Positions 38,359 through 50,058 of a stretch of 64,000 nt of DNA are shown here, in pieces. Position 1 is the stretch's first letter. Every line of letters starts with the position of its first letter. Origin of the DNA: Gnetum montanum (taxonomy: Eukaryota > Plantae > Gnetophyta); contig MNCI01002656.1 of NCBI GenBank assembly GCA_015680685.1, positions 1-64,000 of the forward strand, written 5' to 3'. Under the pieces are notes generated by a model that worked only from the letters and a program-made list of their open reading frames with translations, searched no databases and had not been told where the DNA came from. The position numbers and the translations under genes are program-made.

Positions 38359-39809
38359 TTGGTTCCTCTTTGGTAATGTCTGAAGGAGTGGCCCAAGAGA
38401 CATCGATAAAAAATGGCAAAACATCACAACAAGCTCGACACCAACATTGCTTGTTAGTACCCATCTAGAGGTTGCGTCACCATGCTCAAAAGTGCTAAGG
38501 GTAATGGTATGCTAGAGGTAAAGGGTGCAGGGGATGTGTTGGAAATAACAAGGGAATGAAATGCAAACAGTGTGATATTTCAAAGTGTGGCACCGAGATG
38601 GCTTGTCACAAAAATAATGACCTCTCATCAAAATGCTTATGAGAGAATCAGTGTCCATGGCACCAACATGGCTTGCCCCTGAAATTGTGACCATTAGTCA
38701 GAGTGCTTATGAGAAGGTTAATGCAGATTCAGGGTTGGATCCATTGCAAAATTGTAGCTCTGCTAGTTTTTACTTGGGGACATGATTTGCCTTGTTCTTC
38801 TTTGCCTTTTTTTTATGTTTTTTTCTTTTTTGATTGTAAGGAAAACTTGATTTGGGTTCTACACATTGTGAAATGTTAGCTATAGGATGCTTTTCATTAG
38901 GTGGACTGTGTGCCACCTAATAGGCGTTTCTTTGGTGTAACCGCATCGCATCTGTAAGATAGGTGTTTCCTCCCTGAGATGAGTTACATTACACTTGCTT
39001 GGGCTTTAACCAACCCACAGAGGCTTCCCACTGGACAAGTTGTGTTACGTCTGCTATGGGTTTTGTGATTGACTTAGAGAAGGTGCCATGTGCATTGGAG
39101 GGAATGGAAGCTCAATGATGCAGGGGAAGGCAGGCAAATGTAAGGTAAAAGGGGTAAATGTAAGTAGGTGATAGCAAGGAGATAGGTTTGTGCACCCTTG
39201 AGTAGTTTGGCTAGTCTAATCACGCACATCAGAGTAATGTGATGACTTGCCGCTATGATGAGATGCATCTCTGCATGATCGCCTCTGGAGCTTCATCTTG
39301 CAAACATAACTTAGAGAAAACAAGAAAGCAATCACACAACATGAGATGAGAGTAAACTGCTAGATGTGAGGGTGTTGCAAGTGCTACAATAGCTAAACCA
39401 GTTGCAAGTGCTTGAAGAGCTAGTAAAGGTCTTGGGGTGATGACGTTGTAACTGCTCCGAAGGGTTGTGCTAATAATGAGATCTTAAAGTGCCAACAAAA
39501 TGCCCAAGGTCAATTATGCTGCAAGTGTAGCCTGGAGCTAGTAGCGCTAGTGATTGTGGCAAGAGCTTGAAAAGGTTAACAAAATGCCCAAGGATAGTTC
39601 TGGAAGATAAGCAAAATGTCAGGGGGTTGTAACAAAAGATTAACAAAATGCAAGGGGATGATAACGTTGCAAAAGTTCTAAAGGTCTCTCCTAATGACAG
39701 GAACTTAATTCTAGAACTGAAGTGTCCTGTTTTGTCCATGAGATGTGGGTAGATGAGGAGTTGGAAGTATTCTCACTTGCTTATTCGCAGAATTATATGT
39801 GTTGAACTA

Positions 39810-40070
39810 CAAACCTAGTTTAAGGTCCTGGTAGATCATGGTGCGCTAGTTTATAGTCCTAGCAGACTATTAAGTGCTAGTTTAATATCGTAGCTAATGG
39901 TGGATGTTGTGCCAATTTAATGTCATGACCTAAGGATGATCTATGCCAGTTTATAGTCATAGCAGACTGTCTGTGCCAGTTTATAGGCATAGCGAATTAT
40001 CTATGCCAATTTATAATCATAGTAGACTTTTAATTTGCTAGTTTATAGTCATAGCAGACTATTTGTGCTT
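39810..40070. repeat. ~29-bp tandem repeat array (GCTAGTTTATAGTCATAGCAGACT-like) after integrase
   Basis: About 8 degenerate units. Confidence 0.8.
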
Positions 40071-40102
40071 ACCTTGCTTTGTCATTGATGAGGTGCTACG
40101 TG

Positions 40103-43100
40103 CTAGGTGTAGTACAACTTTAGATACAAGTGGTTCACCAGATTGGCAAATTCATTATCGTCATGGTTAGTAAGCTTGAATGTTCCATTATTGTAGGCCT
40201 TGATGACCAAGAAAGGCCCTTCCTAGTTGGGTAAGAATTTGTTCATGGGTTTGCGAATGGCCTTGAGGAATAGGTCCCCTTTCTTGATTAGGCATTGATG
40301 CTGATTTTGATGGTGTTTCTACCATTGTATTTGTTGGTACCACTCAATACAATCAAGTGTTAGCATGTGCTCCTCCTCTATCGAGTCAAGGTCCATGGTT
40401 CTCAACTCATCATTTTGAGCCTCATCGAGGAAGCTTGAGAGGATTACATGAAGCAATGGGACTTGTAATTCAAGAGGCAAAATTGCTTCAGACCCATAAA
40501 CCAAAATGTATGACATCTTACCTATTGCGGTTTTATGTGTTGTGCGGTAGGCTTAGAGTGCGTAGATTAGTTGCTTGTGCCATCACCGTTTGCTATTGGT
40601 AAGCATCTTCTTTAGAAGATTGACGATGACCTTGTTTGTGGCCTTTGCTTGGCCATTCACCTATGGGTAGTAGGATGATGAAAAGGAATGTTTAATTCCA
40701 AAGCGTTTGTAGAAGGCTTTGGTCTTAGCACTGCTAAATAGTGGCCCATTGTCTGTGACTATGGTCATGGGTAAACCAAAACGGGTCACTATGTTGTTAA
40801 GTATGAATTTTTAGACCTATTGTGATGTTGTCTTCTTAAGGGGAATAGCTTCAACCCACTTTGTAAAATATTCAGTTGTAGTTATAATGATGCTATGCCT
40901 TGCAGAGGACTTAGGCATGATAGGTCTTATGATGTCCAACTCCCAATGTTGGAATGGCCACGTGATTTGTGTTGTATGTAGTTTAGTAGGTGGTACGTGC
41001 ATTAAGTTACCATGCCATTGACATGTGTTGCACGTCTTAGCCTTGGAAATGCAATTGTGTTGCATATAAGGCCAATAATAGCCTAAGCATATGATCTTTA
41101 TCACCATTTCCCTAGGTGCTATGTGGCCTTTGCATAGTCCCTCATGAACTTGGTTGATAATTGTTTGCACTTCATTGTTGCTAATGCATGTTAATAGTAT
41201 GTCATTGTAGGATCTACAACATAAAGTGCTATCATCCATGATGACATACTACTGCAATCATTTTTACATTGCATCCTTCTAAGCAGTGGTTAGATGCTAC
41301 AGAGGTTCACCCTATAGAAGGTATGTTTTAATGTCATCAAACCATTCCACTGGGTGGGTTATGCTAACTATGGCTATGGATGCAATGTTAATAGTTTACA
41401 TGATAGGAATAGTGCAATCCTCCATTGAGGTGGGAAATGCATGAAACATTTTAGGTGCAATGCTTAAGGCTAATGTTGCTAATGCATCTATAATGGTGTT
41501 TTCATTATGAGGGATATGTTGAACATCAGTAGTTGAAAATTATTTGAGCAAGTGCTTCACTAGGTCACAATAAGGTTGCAAATGTTAGGCCTTACAAGCG
41601 TAAAGCTGAGTTACCTAGTTGACCACCAATTGTGAGTCACCTCAGATCACTAAGTTTTGTATTCTTAGGTCGTGAGCTACTAGGATACCTTGGAGGAGAC
41701 CCTCGTACTCCACCACATTGCTAGTATATGGAAATGCAAAATGATATGTGAAGGGTCGACTCTTCCCAAAGGGGAATGTGATGACTACAATGGTGTTACC
41801 CCCTTAAGAGGTTGAAGCATCATCGAAGTGTAAGAGTGCCTCAAAGTTGTCAGGCACTTAACTTATGCTAGTGCCATGCTCATTTGGAAATTTTGGATCT
41901 ATCATTGCTTGATCATCAATTGGGGAAGTTGTAAGTTGTGTAACTATTGCTTGACCTTTGGTTAATGCTTACACAATGTAGTGCAAGTCAAAATTTGTCA
42001 TTATTGCTTTCCAACATGCAATGTGACTGCTTCGTAGATATTTGTGGTAATGGCTCGGAGTAAATTGCTTTTGTAGATGATGTTGACTTGGCTGTGAAAA
42101 AGATAATGCCTCCACTTCTTAAGTGTAAAGACTAAGGCAAGGTAATTATTTTCCACATCATTATACTTTGCTTCATAGGCTACCAATGCATGGCTTAGGT
42201 AGTATACCGAGACCTTTGTGCCATCGTCTTGCTTTTGACAAAGCAAAGAAGTGTTGGACATGTCATAGGTAGTAAGGTAGATGTAGAAAGGTTTATCTCC
42301 TTATCGAGGGTAGATTGTTGGAAGTTGAGCCAACTCTTGTTTAAGGTTGTCAAATGCCTCTTCGCATTAAGCCATCCACTCAAAGTGAATCCCTTTTTTG
42401 AGCAAGTGTCACATTAGTTACAACTTGTTGGTCAACTATGCAATAAACCTACGTATGAATTGTAATCTGCCTTATAACCCTCGTAGCTCCTTAAGGTTAG
42501 CTGATCATGCAAAGTTGACAATGGCCTTAACCTTATCAGGGTTTACACATATGCCTACTTTAGACACTACGAAACTTAGCATGCGACCCATCTTGACGTT
42601 GAAGACACATTTCTTAGGATTTAACCCAAGTTCATGCTTCAGACAATGTTTGAATACAAGGTCCAAGTCATCTACGTGGTTTTACACTGCTTTGGACTTA
42701 ATTACTATATCGTTAATGTAATTATTGAGTAGACCTAACAAGTAATCATTAAAAATGTACATCATGGCTCATTGATAAGTCACTCTTGCATTCTTAAGTC
42801 TAAAAGAAATCATTGTGTAACAAAATGTACCCCAAGGAGTAATGAAGGTAGTACTGAGTTGGTGCTCTAGGTTGATCTAAATTTGGTTGTAATATGAGAA
42901 CCCGTTCATAAAGGAAAATAAGGCATGACTGGCCATGGTATCGACCAATTGGTCAATACTAGGCAACGAGAAGTTGTCTTTAATGGTTGCCTTGTTCAGT
43001 TCCCGGAAGTCTATGCAGATGTGTATACTCCCATTTTTCTTGGGTATAACCACAATGTTGGAAACCCAATCTGTGTAGTCAACAACCCAGATGAAACTAG

Positions 43101-43605
43101 CTTTGTAGAGCTTAGTGATTTCATCACAGATTGCCAATGCCACCTTAGGCCTAACTTTGTGAGCTTTCTACTTAATTGGTTTTATGCTGGGATTGAGGAT
43201 TATATTGTGTTGAGCTACACAAGGATCTAGGCTTGGCATGTCTTCATAAGATCATGCGAATGTCTTAATGTTTTCGTTGAGTACTTTTGCAATGTTTTGG
43301 GTGTGTTGAGGCTCTAGCAAGGAATTGATTTTCAATGCCTTTACCTTGCCACTAGGTGTTACTATAGGGATCTCAACGAGGAGATCCTTAGTGATGTCAC
43401 CTGCCTCTTGATTTAGAGCCCTAACTAGATGGTTTGGTCAGTCTAGCAGTGCCTCTATAGATGTTATGTATTCGTGGTAGGCTATGGGCTCAAGGTTTAG
43501 GCATTGTGGATCAATGCATCGTGTGAGATCACCATGGGGCCTGGTGAGGACCACATGTGAGTGAAGATGCTCATATGTAATCATGTTGAAAATCCTACTA
43601 GAATC
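40103..43605 (-). pseudogene. Ogre-type pol: RT - RNase H - aRH - integrase (disrupted)
   Basis: RT WVSNIVVIPKKNGSIHICIDFRELNKA; RH VYYLSHAL; aRH ~41840-41460 LHFDDAS...EYEGLLQG...GDSQLVVN; INT HEGLCKGH...CNTC, EYFTKWVEAIPL. Confidence 0.88.
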
Positions 43606-45794
43606 CTGCAAAAATAACAAAAAAAATGTCAAGTCACACTTCTCTTAATGAGAGCAATATGCACAAAATGAAAGAAAACAATGCAATAAAATTTTTCCCA
43701 AGTATGTAGATGTGATGTTAAAAGCAAGTAATGGGTGGCTTGGTTTTAGGCCTCAACAGGCCATGGAGTGCCAATTTAAGATCTTAGCGGACCGTAAAGT
43801 GCTAGTTTAAGGTCTTAGTAGATTGTGACATGTGCTAGATGAGTAAGGATTGGTGCACTGGAAAAGTGAAGTTGGCTTGGGTATTCACTAGGGAGGGAGA
43901 AAAATTTAAAATTTTTCTAAGCCTTGGGGGGCAAGTCTGGTGGCTACACTTCCACCTAACTACACTTTGCACTATTGAGCATAGTCCTAGGGTTGGTAAA
44001 ACGTTAAGTGGTCCTAGGGAGTATAAAAGTGTGTTTCACCCTGGGTAAGTCTATCATTGTCAAAGTTGAAAATACAAACTTTCTAGAGCATAACATAGTT
44101 GCCAAAATGTCGTGCCAAAGTGGACACCAGCACCCCAAACTGACCAATGTTGATGAGGGAGAGCGAGCATTGGGATGCCTACCATGGGCACTCATGGAAG
44201 AATGGAGAGATCCACCATCCACCAAGTGACTAATATCTTCCCTTTCTTGCCATTTTTTTGCCTTGTTGTTTCTTGCATTAGGGTTTGGGGCTATGGACGT
44301 TGGCAACACCCTACCATGGTAGGGTCCACTGTGGCCATTTCGACTACCATGGTTGTGAGGAGTAGGTGCATTGAGAAACAAGGGAGAGGGTTTTTGTTGA
44401 ATGAAGGTTTTGTTGTTGTGCATGGACAAGGGTTTTGGGTCTTGGTGGTGGCTGCCAATAGACGCTACTTGTAGGTTTGAGGGCACAAGGTTTCTAGAAA
44501 ATCTTTTTATTGTATATCTTTTGAAAAATTTCCTTTGCACGAGGTAGGGATAAGGGTTTGATGGCTACCCTAGGGTGACCACTTGCGAGGAAGGATGTGC
44601 AAGGGGCTCTATGATTTGTTTTTGTTTTATTTTTAAAATTTTTTGGTTTAGTGCATGGGTAGGAACAAAGTAGGGATCATGGCTTGATGACATTGGCTAG
44701 GGATAGCCAACCACGTGTGTGAAGTTCAGCAATTTTTTTTTTACTTTTTGCTTTAAATCTTGTTTGTGTGGGTAGGAGATGCTAGTGTTAGTAGTAGCCA
44801 TTGGGTTATGGTAGGGGTTTGCCCCCTGATTGATTTGATTTTTTTTGAATGAAAGAAAATGTAGGTGCGGTGTGTTTGGGGCCATAGGGGTTATGGGGCA
44901 TTGCATCCTGTGGCAAGGACACATAGCCATAGGGGTTTTGAGAGGGGGTGGTGCCAATGGCACATTTTCTACATTTGATTTTTTCAACTAGGTAGGGCAA
45001 CCAATGTGGCATGCGGTAGCATCATTGGTATGGCTGCGAGGATCACAACTGTGGCTAGTGCTCAATGTGCAAGGCACGATGAAAGTAGCTAGTAGGGTAG
45101 TGTATGGTGCCATGGTGGGGCATTGGGTAGTGGAGAGGAGAGCGTTGAGGCAACAACCAAACATCAGTTCACTGGTCATAGCTAGGACTATGCTCCCATC
45201 TTGGAAGCGTAGTTGATGCCATGTATTTGTTGGAATTACCCTTGCTCAACAGTTAGTTTTTTTTTTTGAAAATTTGGGGCTACACTTCATGAGGAGCATA
45301 GCTGGAAGTTAGAATTTTTGGACATTTGGGACTATAATCTACAATTGTCTAGAGCGTAGCCAAGGGTGAGCTAGAGTTAGAAAAATTACATGTTTTTTGG
45401 ACTACACTCCTTGAAGAGGTAACCCAGAGTTAAAAAGTTATAGGCTTCTAGACTATGCTACCCGGAGTTAGAAAATTTTTTGAAAATTCTATGCAAAATG
45501 CTAAGCTTGTGAAATGTAAAATGCTAATGCTAAATTTCCAAAACATATAACCTATAATGCTAAATGTACAAACATGTAAATAAAATGCTAATGCTATGCA
45601 AAATGTGCTGTACCCTAGTGAGTACTAGGCACGTTAAATGTATATGTTAACGTCCTATACTCGTGGGGCCCCAATGGGCCCTAATATATTTTTGCTAGCC
45701 TATGTTATTTCATGTTAATTTTGCTAAGTTTGACTTAATGTATTTTTGTAGCCAGTGTATACTAACGCTTCATTTATTGCTTTTGTGGTTGCAG

Positions 45795-48700
45795 GGTGTT
45801 GCTGAATCCCATCCTAATTGTTGTGGAGCTCATTGGCATTCTTTGCTACATGAGCGAGCCTATTCCCAACACGTTTGCACCAAATATGTAGGTGGGTTAT
45901 TAGGTAGTGTGGTTCTAACTAGGAACAAGTGATTTCATGGTGTTCCTACTACAAAACTTTAGTGTGATGATGTGATCACACTTAGCCACGGAGGCTATGA
46001 GTGTCATCATCAAGACATTGTTGCCTGGGGCCAATTAGGACATATTGAGATTTATGTCTGATGAGCCCACTATTGGTGACGATCGAGTAGGTGGTTTAGG
46101 TTAAGGCCCTAGGGACACTTGTCTCTTATCCAGGTTTTGGCAAATACTAGAGTTCTCTTGCTACAACAAGAGCAACACCCTCTTCATTGCTTTGCGCATG
46201 CATAATTTGTTCTAGAATCTACCCAGAATGGTGTATTGCACTAGAGGATAAGTGCTTTCATGATTTTTGTGTTATGTTCTTTTGCTATTGACTCATGTCA
46301 AGTTTGCTAACCGCTAACGTTTGTTGCCAGATCTAGAGTTGATGATCAAGGTCTCCATGATGTGGATGAGGCTCTTTCCTTGACTTGTACCATCCTAGAG
46401 GTGTTCTCCTTTAGTTCAAACATTCAGGAGGCTATCCTAGAGCAGTTGGGAGATAATCTAAGGGATTACCGTATCTGGTAATTAAAGGCATTTGAGTGGT
46501 GCAAGATCCATGATTGGCTTGATGAGGAGTGGGCTGGTGGTGAGCTCAACTTGGAGGAGATGCTTGCACCACCACCTCCATCCCACACACCATTTGTTTC
46601 ACGTAAGCATATATTTTTTGGCTCTTATTCTTGCTCACATGCACTTGTTGATTTGCCTTTGCATAATGCCAACATTGTTTTTACCTTTGTTGCAGTTGTG
46701 GTTGCTTTAGGAGAGGTGATGGTGGTTACCACAGGACACACCGAGGCCACCCTCATCATAAAATATGGTGATTTGAAGGGGGTGTAGCATTAGTTGTGCC
46801 ATTAGGCCTTAAAGGCATTGACCAGTTGGCTCACATGTATTGGGTTGATGGGCCTTTTCTTGGCCCTTAGCCCAAGCATTTTGGTGGCCAAAATGGTCAT
46901 CATCATAGACTCCTTTAGCAACGACGTCTACCACTTGGTCACTGACGTGTGTGATGTGAGGGTAGTCCTAGACCACAATGAGGCCTTCTTTGCTTACCTC
47001 TTTGGCCTTCCCGCTAATGACCTATTGGTCATTGATAAGGTCAATAGAGAGGTTGACTGTAGACGAGAGATCGAAGACTAGTTAGGAGCCACCTGATCTC
47101 ACAAAGGCATCCTGATTAAAGATGTGCATGTGTCTGAGGTTCGTGAGCTCTACCCTCTCTTTCGTGCTTATGCCTTCTCGAAGTTGCTTTCCCAAGGAAA
47201 AATCCCTAGGATGAAGTAGGCATGGGTGATGAAGGATGTGCTGCAAGAGGACACAAGGTTCAACTAGACCTCCTACATCACCACTAGACTACATAAAAAG
47301 ATCACCAAACTACGCTACAACCTCTAGGCAAGGTCTCACATATACTTCATGTTCTTAGTAGGGTATTTATGAAGGTTTGTGGAGCTCTTGGTGGTTTGAG
47401 ATAGTGGATGATGGGTAGTGCAAGACTGTGAGCAGCTGTATAATCCTTAGGTAAAGCACATGTTCACAACCACTTGCTCACAGAACCCCCTGAAGTGATC
47501 AATAAGTCATACTTAGTGACAACCAAAGTTCACTTGAGATGGTCACATTATTTCCATGACAATACGGGTGAGTGTCCACTAGTTGTTATTAGGGATGTAA
47601 ACAAGGCTGACTGCTATATTGCAAAAATGGTGGGGTTCTTTAAGGTGAAGATCAAGAGACCACACTTGGCAGAGGAGGCTGCTCTTGCGGTTGACTAAGC
47701 AGGTATCAAGAAGATCCACCTCAAGATCCCAAGATTGCACACAGATATTGTAGGTTAGTATACATATAGATGCAATTTTTTTATACTTTTTTTAAGTTTT
47801 TGTGCTATGTTATACACTAATGCTAACATGTTATGTTTGTAAATCAGGAAAGAGGGTTGCTAAAGCAGTAGTGGTAGAAGTAGCAGAGATGATCCTTCCT
47901 CAAGATGAGGAGGGGGAAGTGCACAAGGAGGAGCTGCATGAGGCTATAGAGACCCTCCAGCAGTTTGAGGTGGATGGGCTATTCCACCCCAACAGGACAA
48001 CTTTGCCAACTTCTTTGACGGTGTGCAACTAGGAGATCCCCCCTACTCTGACACCTGAGGACTTGCTAGGTAGTGCCTTAGATTTCCATCTATTGTCGCT
48101 TTCTTTCTCTTACATCTTTGGCTGTTTAGTTGCATGCTAAGTGAGTTGTTGTGTTGCAGCCTCAGATGTACCTACTAGCAGTGCATCGTCCATGTCTACC
48201 TACCACATGAAGCTATAGGTAGAAATGTTGGACAAGTTTACCTTTATGAAAGGCATCATAGAGGACATGGTGGACTACCTATAGTAGGCAAATCTCTAGC
48301 CCAGTATGCATGTTGTTGTTTTGCTTAGGTTTCTTTACCTATTTTAATGCTTAGTTTGTGGTTAATGTTGATTTTCTTGTTGCATGCCAACAAGTTCTAA
48401 CCTTCACTAGGATCTGAATCAAGTGGCTAAAGTAGATGTCATCCTCAAGTACTCTCCTAAAGTAGAGTAAGTGCCTTGTCGTGTGTACGAGGCAATTAGT
48501 AAGTACATGCTTTCCTGCACAAAAGTATTATGGATCTGCAAGCACTCGAACGAGCACCTGTGGAAACATGTATATGAACTTTAGGAGAGAGTGACGAGCC
48601 AAGACATGAAGATTGAGGACCTTCAATCTCAATGTGACTTCTTGGTAGGTTGATCATGGGGAGATAGTACCTGACAAAGTGCAGAGATTGATTACGCTAG

Positions 48701-49383
48701 GTACTGGTTGACCATATGAGGTAAGAACAAGGCCACTTGAGAGATCATTGAGCAACGATTACAGATGGATTTGCTTACCCAAAAGAATTAGGACTGGAAG
48801 AATTTTAGTGCTAAGGTGTGCAAGTGAGGGCATACGTAAGAGAGCCACAAACACCACTATAAGCATGAGCAAGATGCATATCTTTAGTAGCTCAAGGAAG
48901 AGTCCATCGAATGCCGCTGCCTTAAGATGTTTGTTGAGGCGATTGGTGGGAGACGGACCTTCGAGATATTCTCTTGTCATATAGTGGTTAGTGGTTCCTC
49001 AGAAAGGGAGATTATCACTCCCTTAGGGGAGGCTTTGTCTACCACATTTTTCATGAAGCCGTCCACATGGACCACCGTAGACAAATGTAAGATCCTTGTG
49101 AGAGTTGACTTTGGCTAGGAGGATTGGACACGACTATCTAACGGTAAAATCCTCAAACGCTTGGAGCAAGGCCTTGATAAATTGCCTCTAGACATGATCG
49201 ATGCGGGATCCTCTTAGGTTAGTTTTTTGTGTTAGTTTGTATATTGTACATTTGTTTACAGGTTTTCTGTTTTGTCATATTGTTGATAGACACCAAGCAA
49301 TGCTGCAAGTCCCAGTGGTGCAGTGGATGAAAAGAGACCTCCACACCCATCTAGCACCACTGGTTCAGCATCTCATAATGTAA
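45795..49383 (+). pseudogene. Antisense, intron-containing accessory gene inside the Ogre-type element, between protease and RT
   Basis: Short T-rich introns, several with CTAAC branch motifs: ~45618-45794, ~46231-46330, 46603-46695, 47754-47847, 48070-48159, ~48304-48385 (acceptor damaged), ~49218-49289. The three introns checked join phase 1 to phase 1 into a continuous frame whose stops mostly look transition-derived. Confidence 0.6.
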
Positions 49384-49564
49384 CATTGTTATTGGGAATT
49401 TTTGCATTTTTGTGTATTTTTTTTGTATGGTGCAAATGATCATGCTATGTACTATTATTTCTATGAGATGTTATGGAAATTTTGCTATATGGAGTATATG
49501 ATGAGTAGACTTTTGCATTTGTTTATTATGTGTTTGATGTTGCTAATGTGATGAGTTGATGCAA

Positions 49565-49830
49565 CTAGGTTATAGAGATTGCTAGTTTAAGGTCATTTTA
49601 GGCCATGCATGTAGATAGCATGTTGATAGTTTTAGGCCATTTCAGGCCCCAGTGATAGTTTAAGGTCATTTCAGGGCATGCGATGAAGAGAAAAGTGCTG
49701 GTAGTTTTAGGCCATCCTGGGTCTTGTGATGTAAGGGGGATTGCTAGTTTTAGGTCATAGCGGGCTGTGCGATAGTTTAAGGCCTTTTCGGGTCATGCGA
49801 TACTAGGTTAAGGCCATGGCAGGCCATTGT
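49565..49830. repeat. Related ~29-bp tandem array (G.TAGTTT(A/T)AGG(T/C)CAT...) after protease
   Basis: About 7-8 units; 3 more related units at 43740-43830. Confidence 0.75.
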
Positions 49831-50058
49831 TTTTGTAATTTTAAATTTTATAATTTTTATGTATTTTAAACTTAAGTAGGCAAAAATGTAAACTAAGCGA
49901 AACTACACAAACAAAAGAAATAAATGTGTAATGAGGCAAATAATGCAAAAATGCAAACAACCAAGCTAAATGTAAAATGTAAGCAAACTGTAAACAAGCG
50001 AAGTATGCTAAAGTGGGGGCAAGTAGGCACCTAGCACATATTGGACTAAGGGGATGCC

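Noticed and set aside
39810-40070. Regularly spaced repeats as a CRISPR array
   Set aside because: Degenerate head-to-tail units with no unique spacers, inside a plant retrotransposon; no cas genes.
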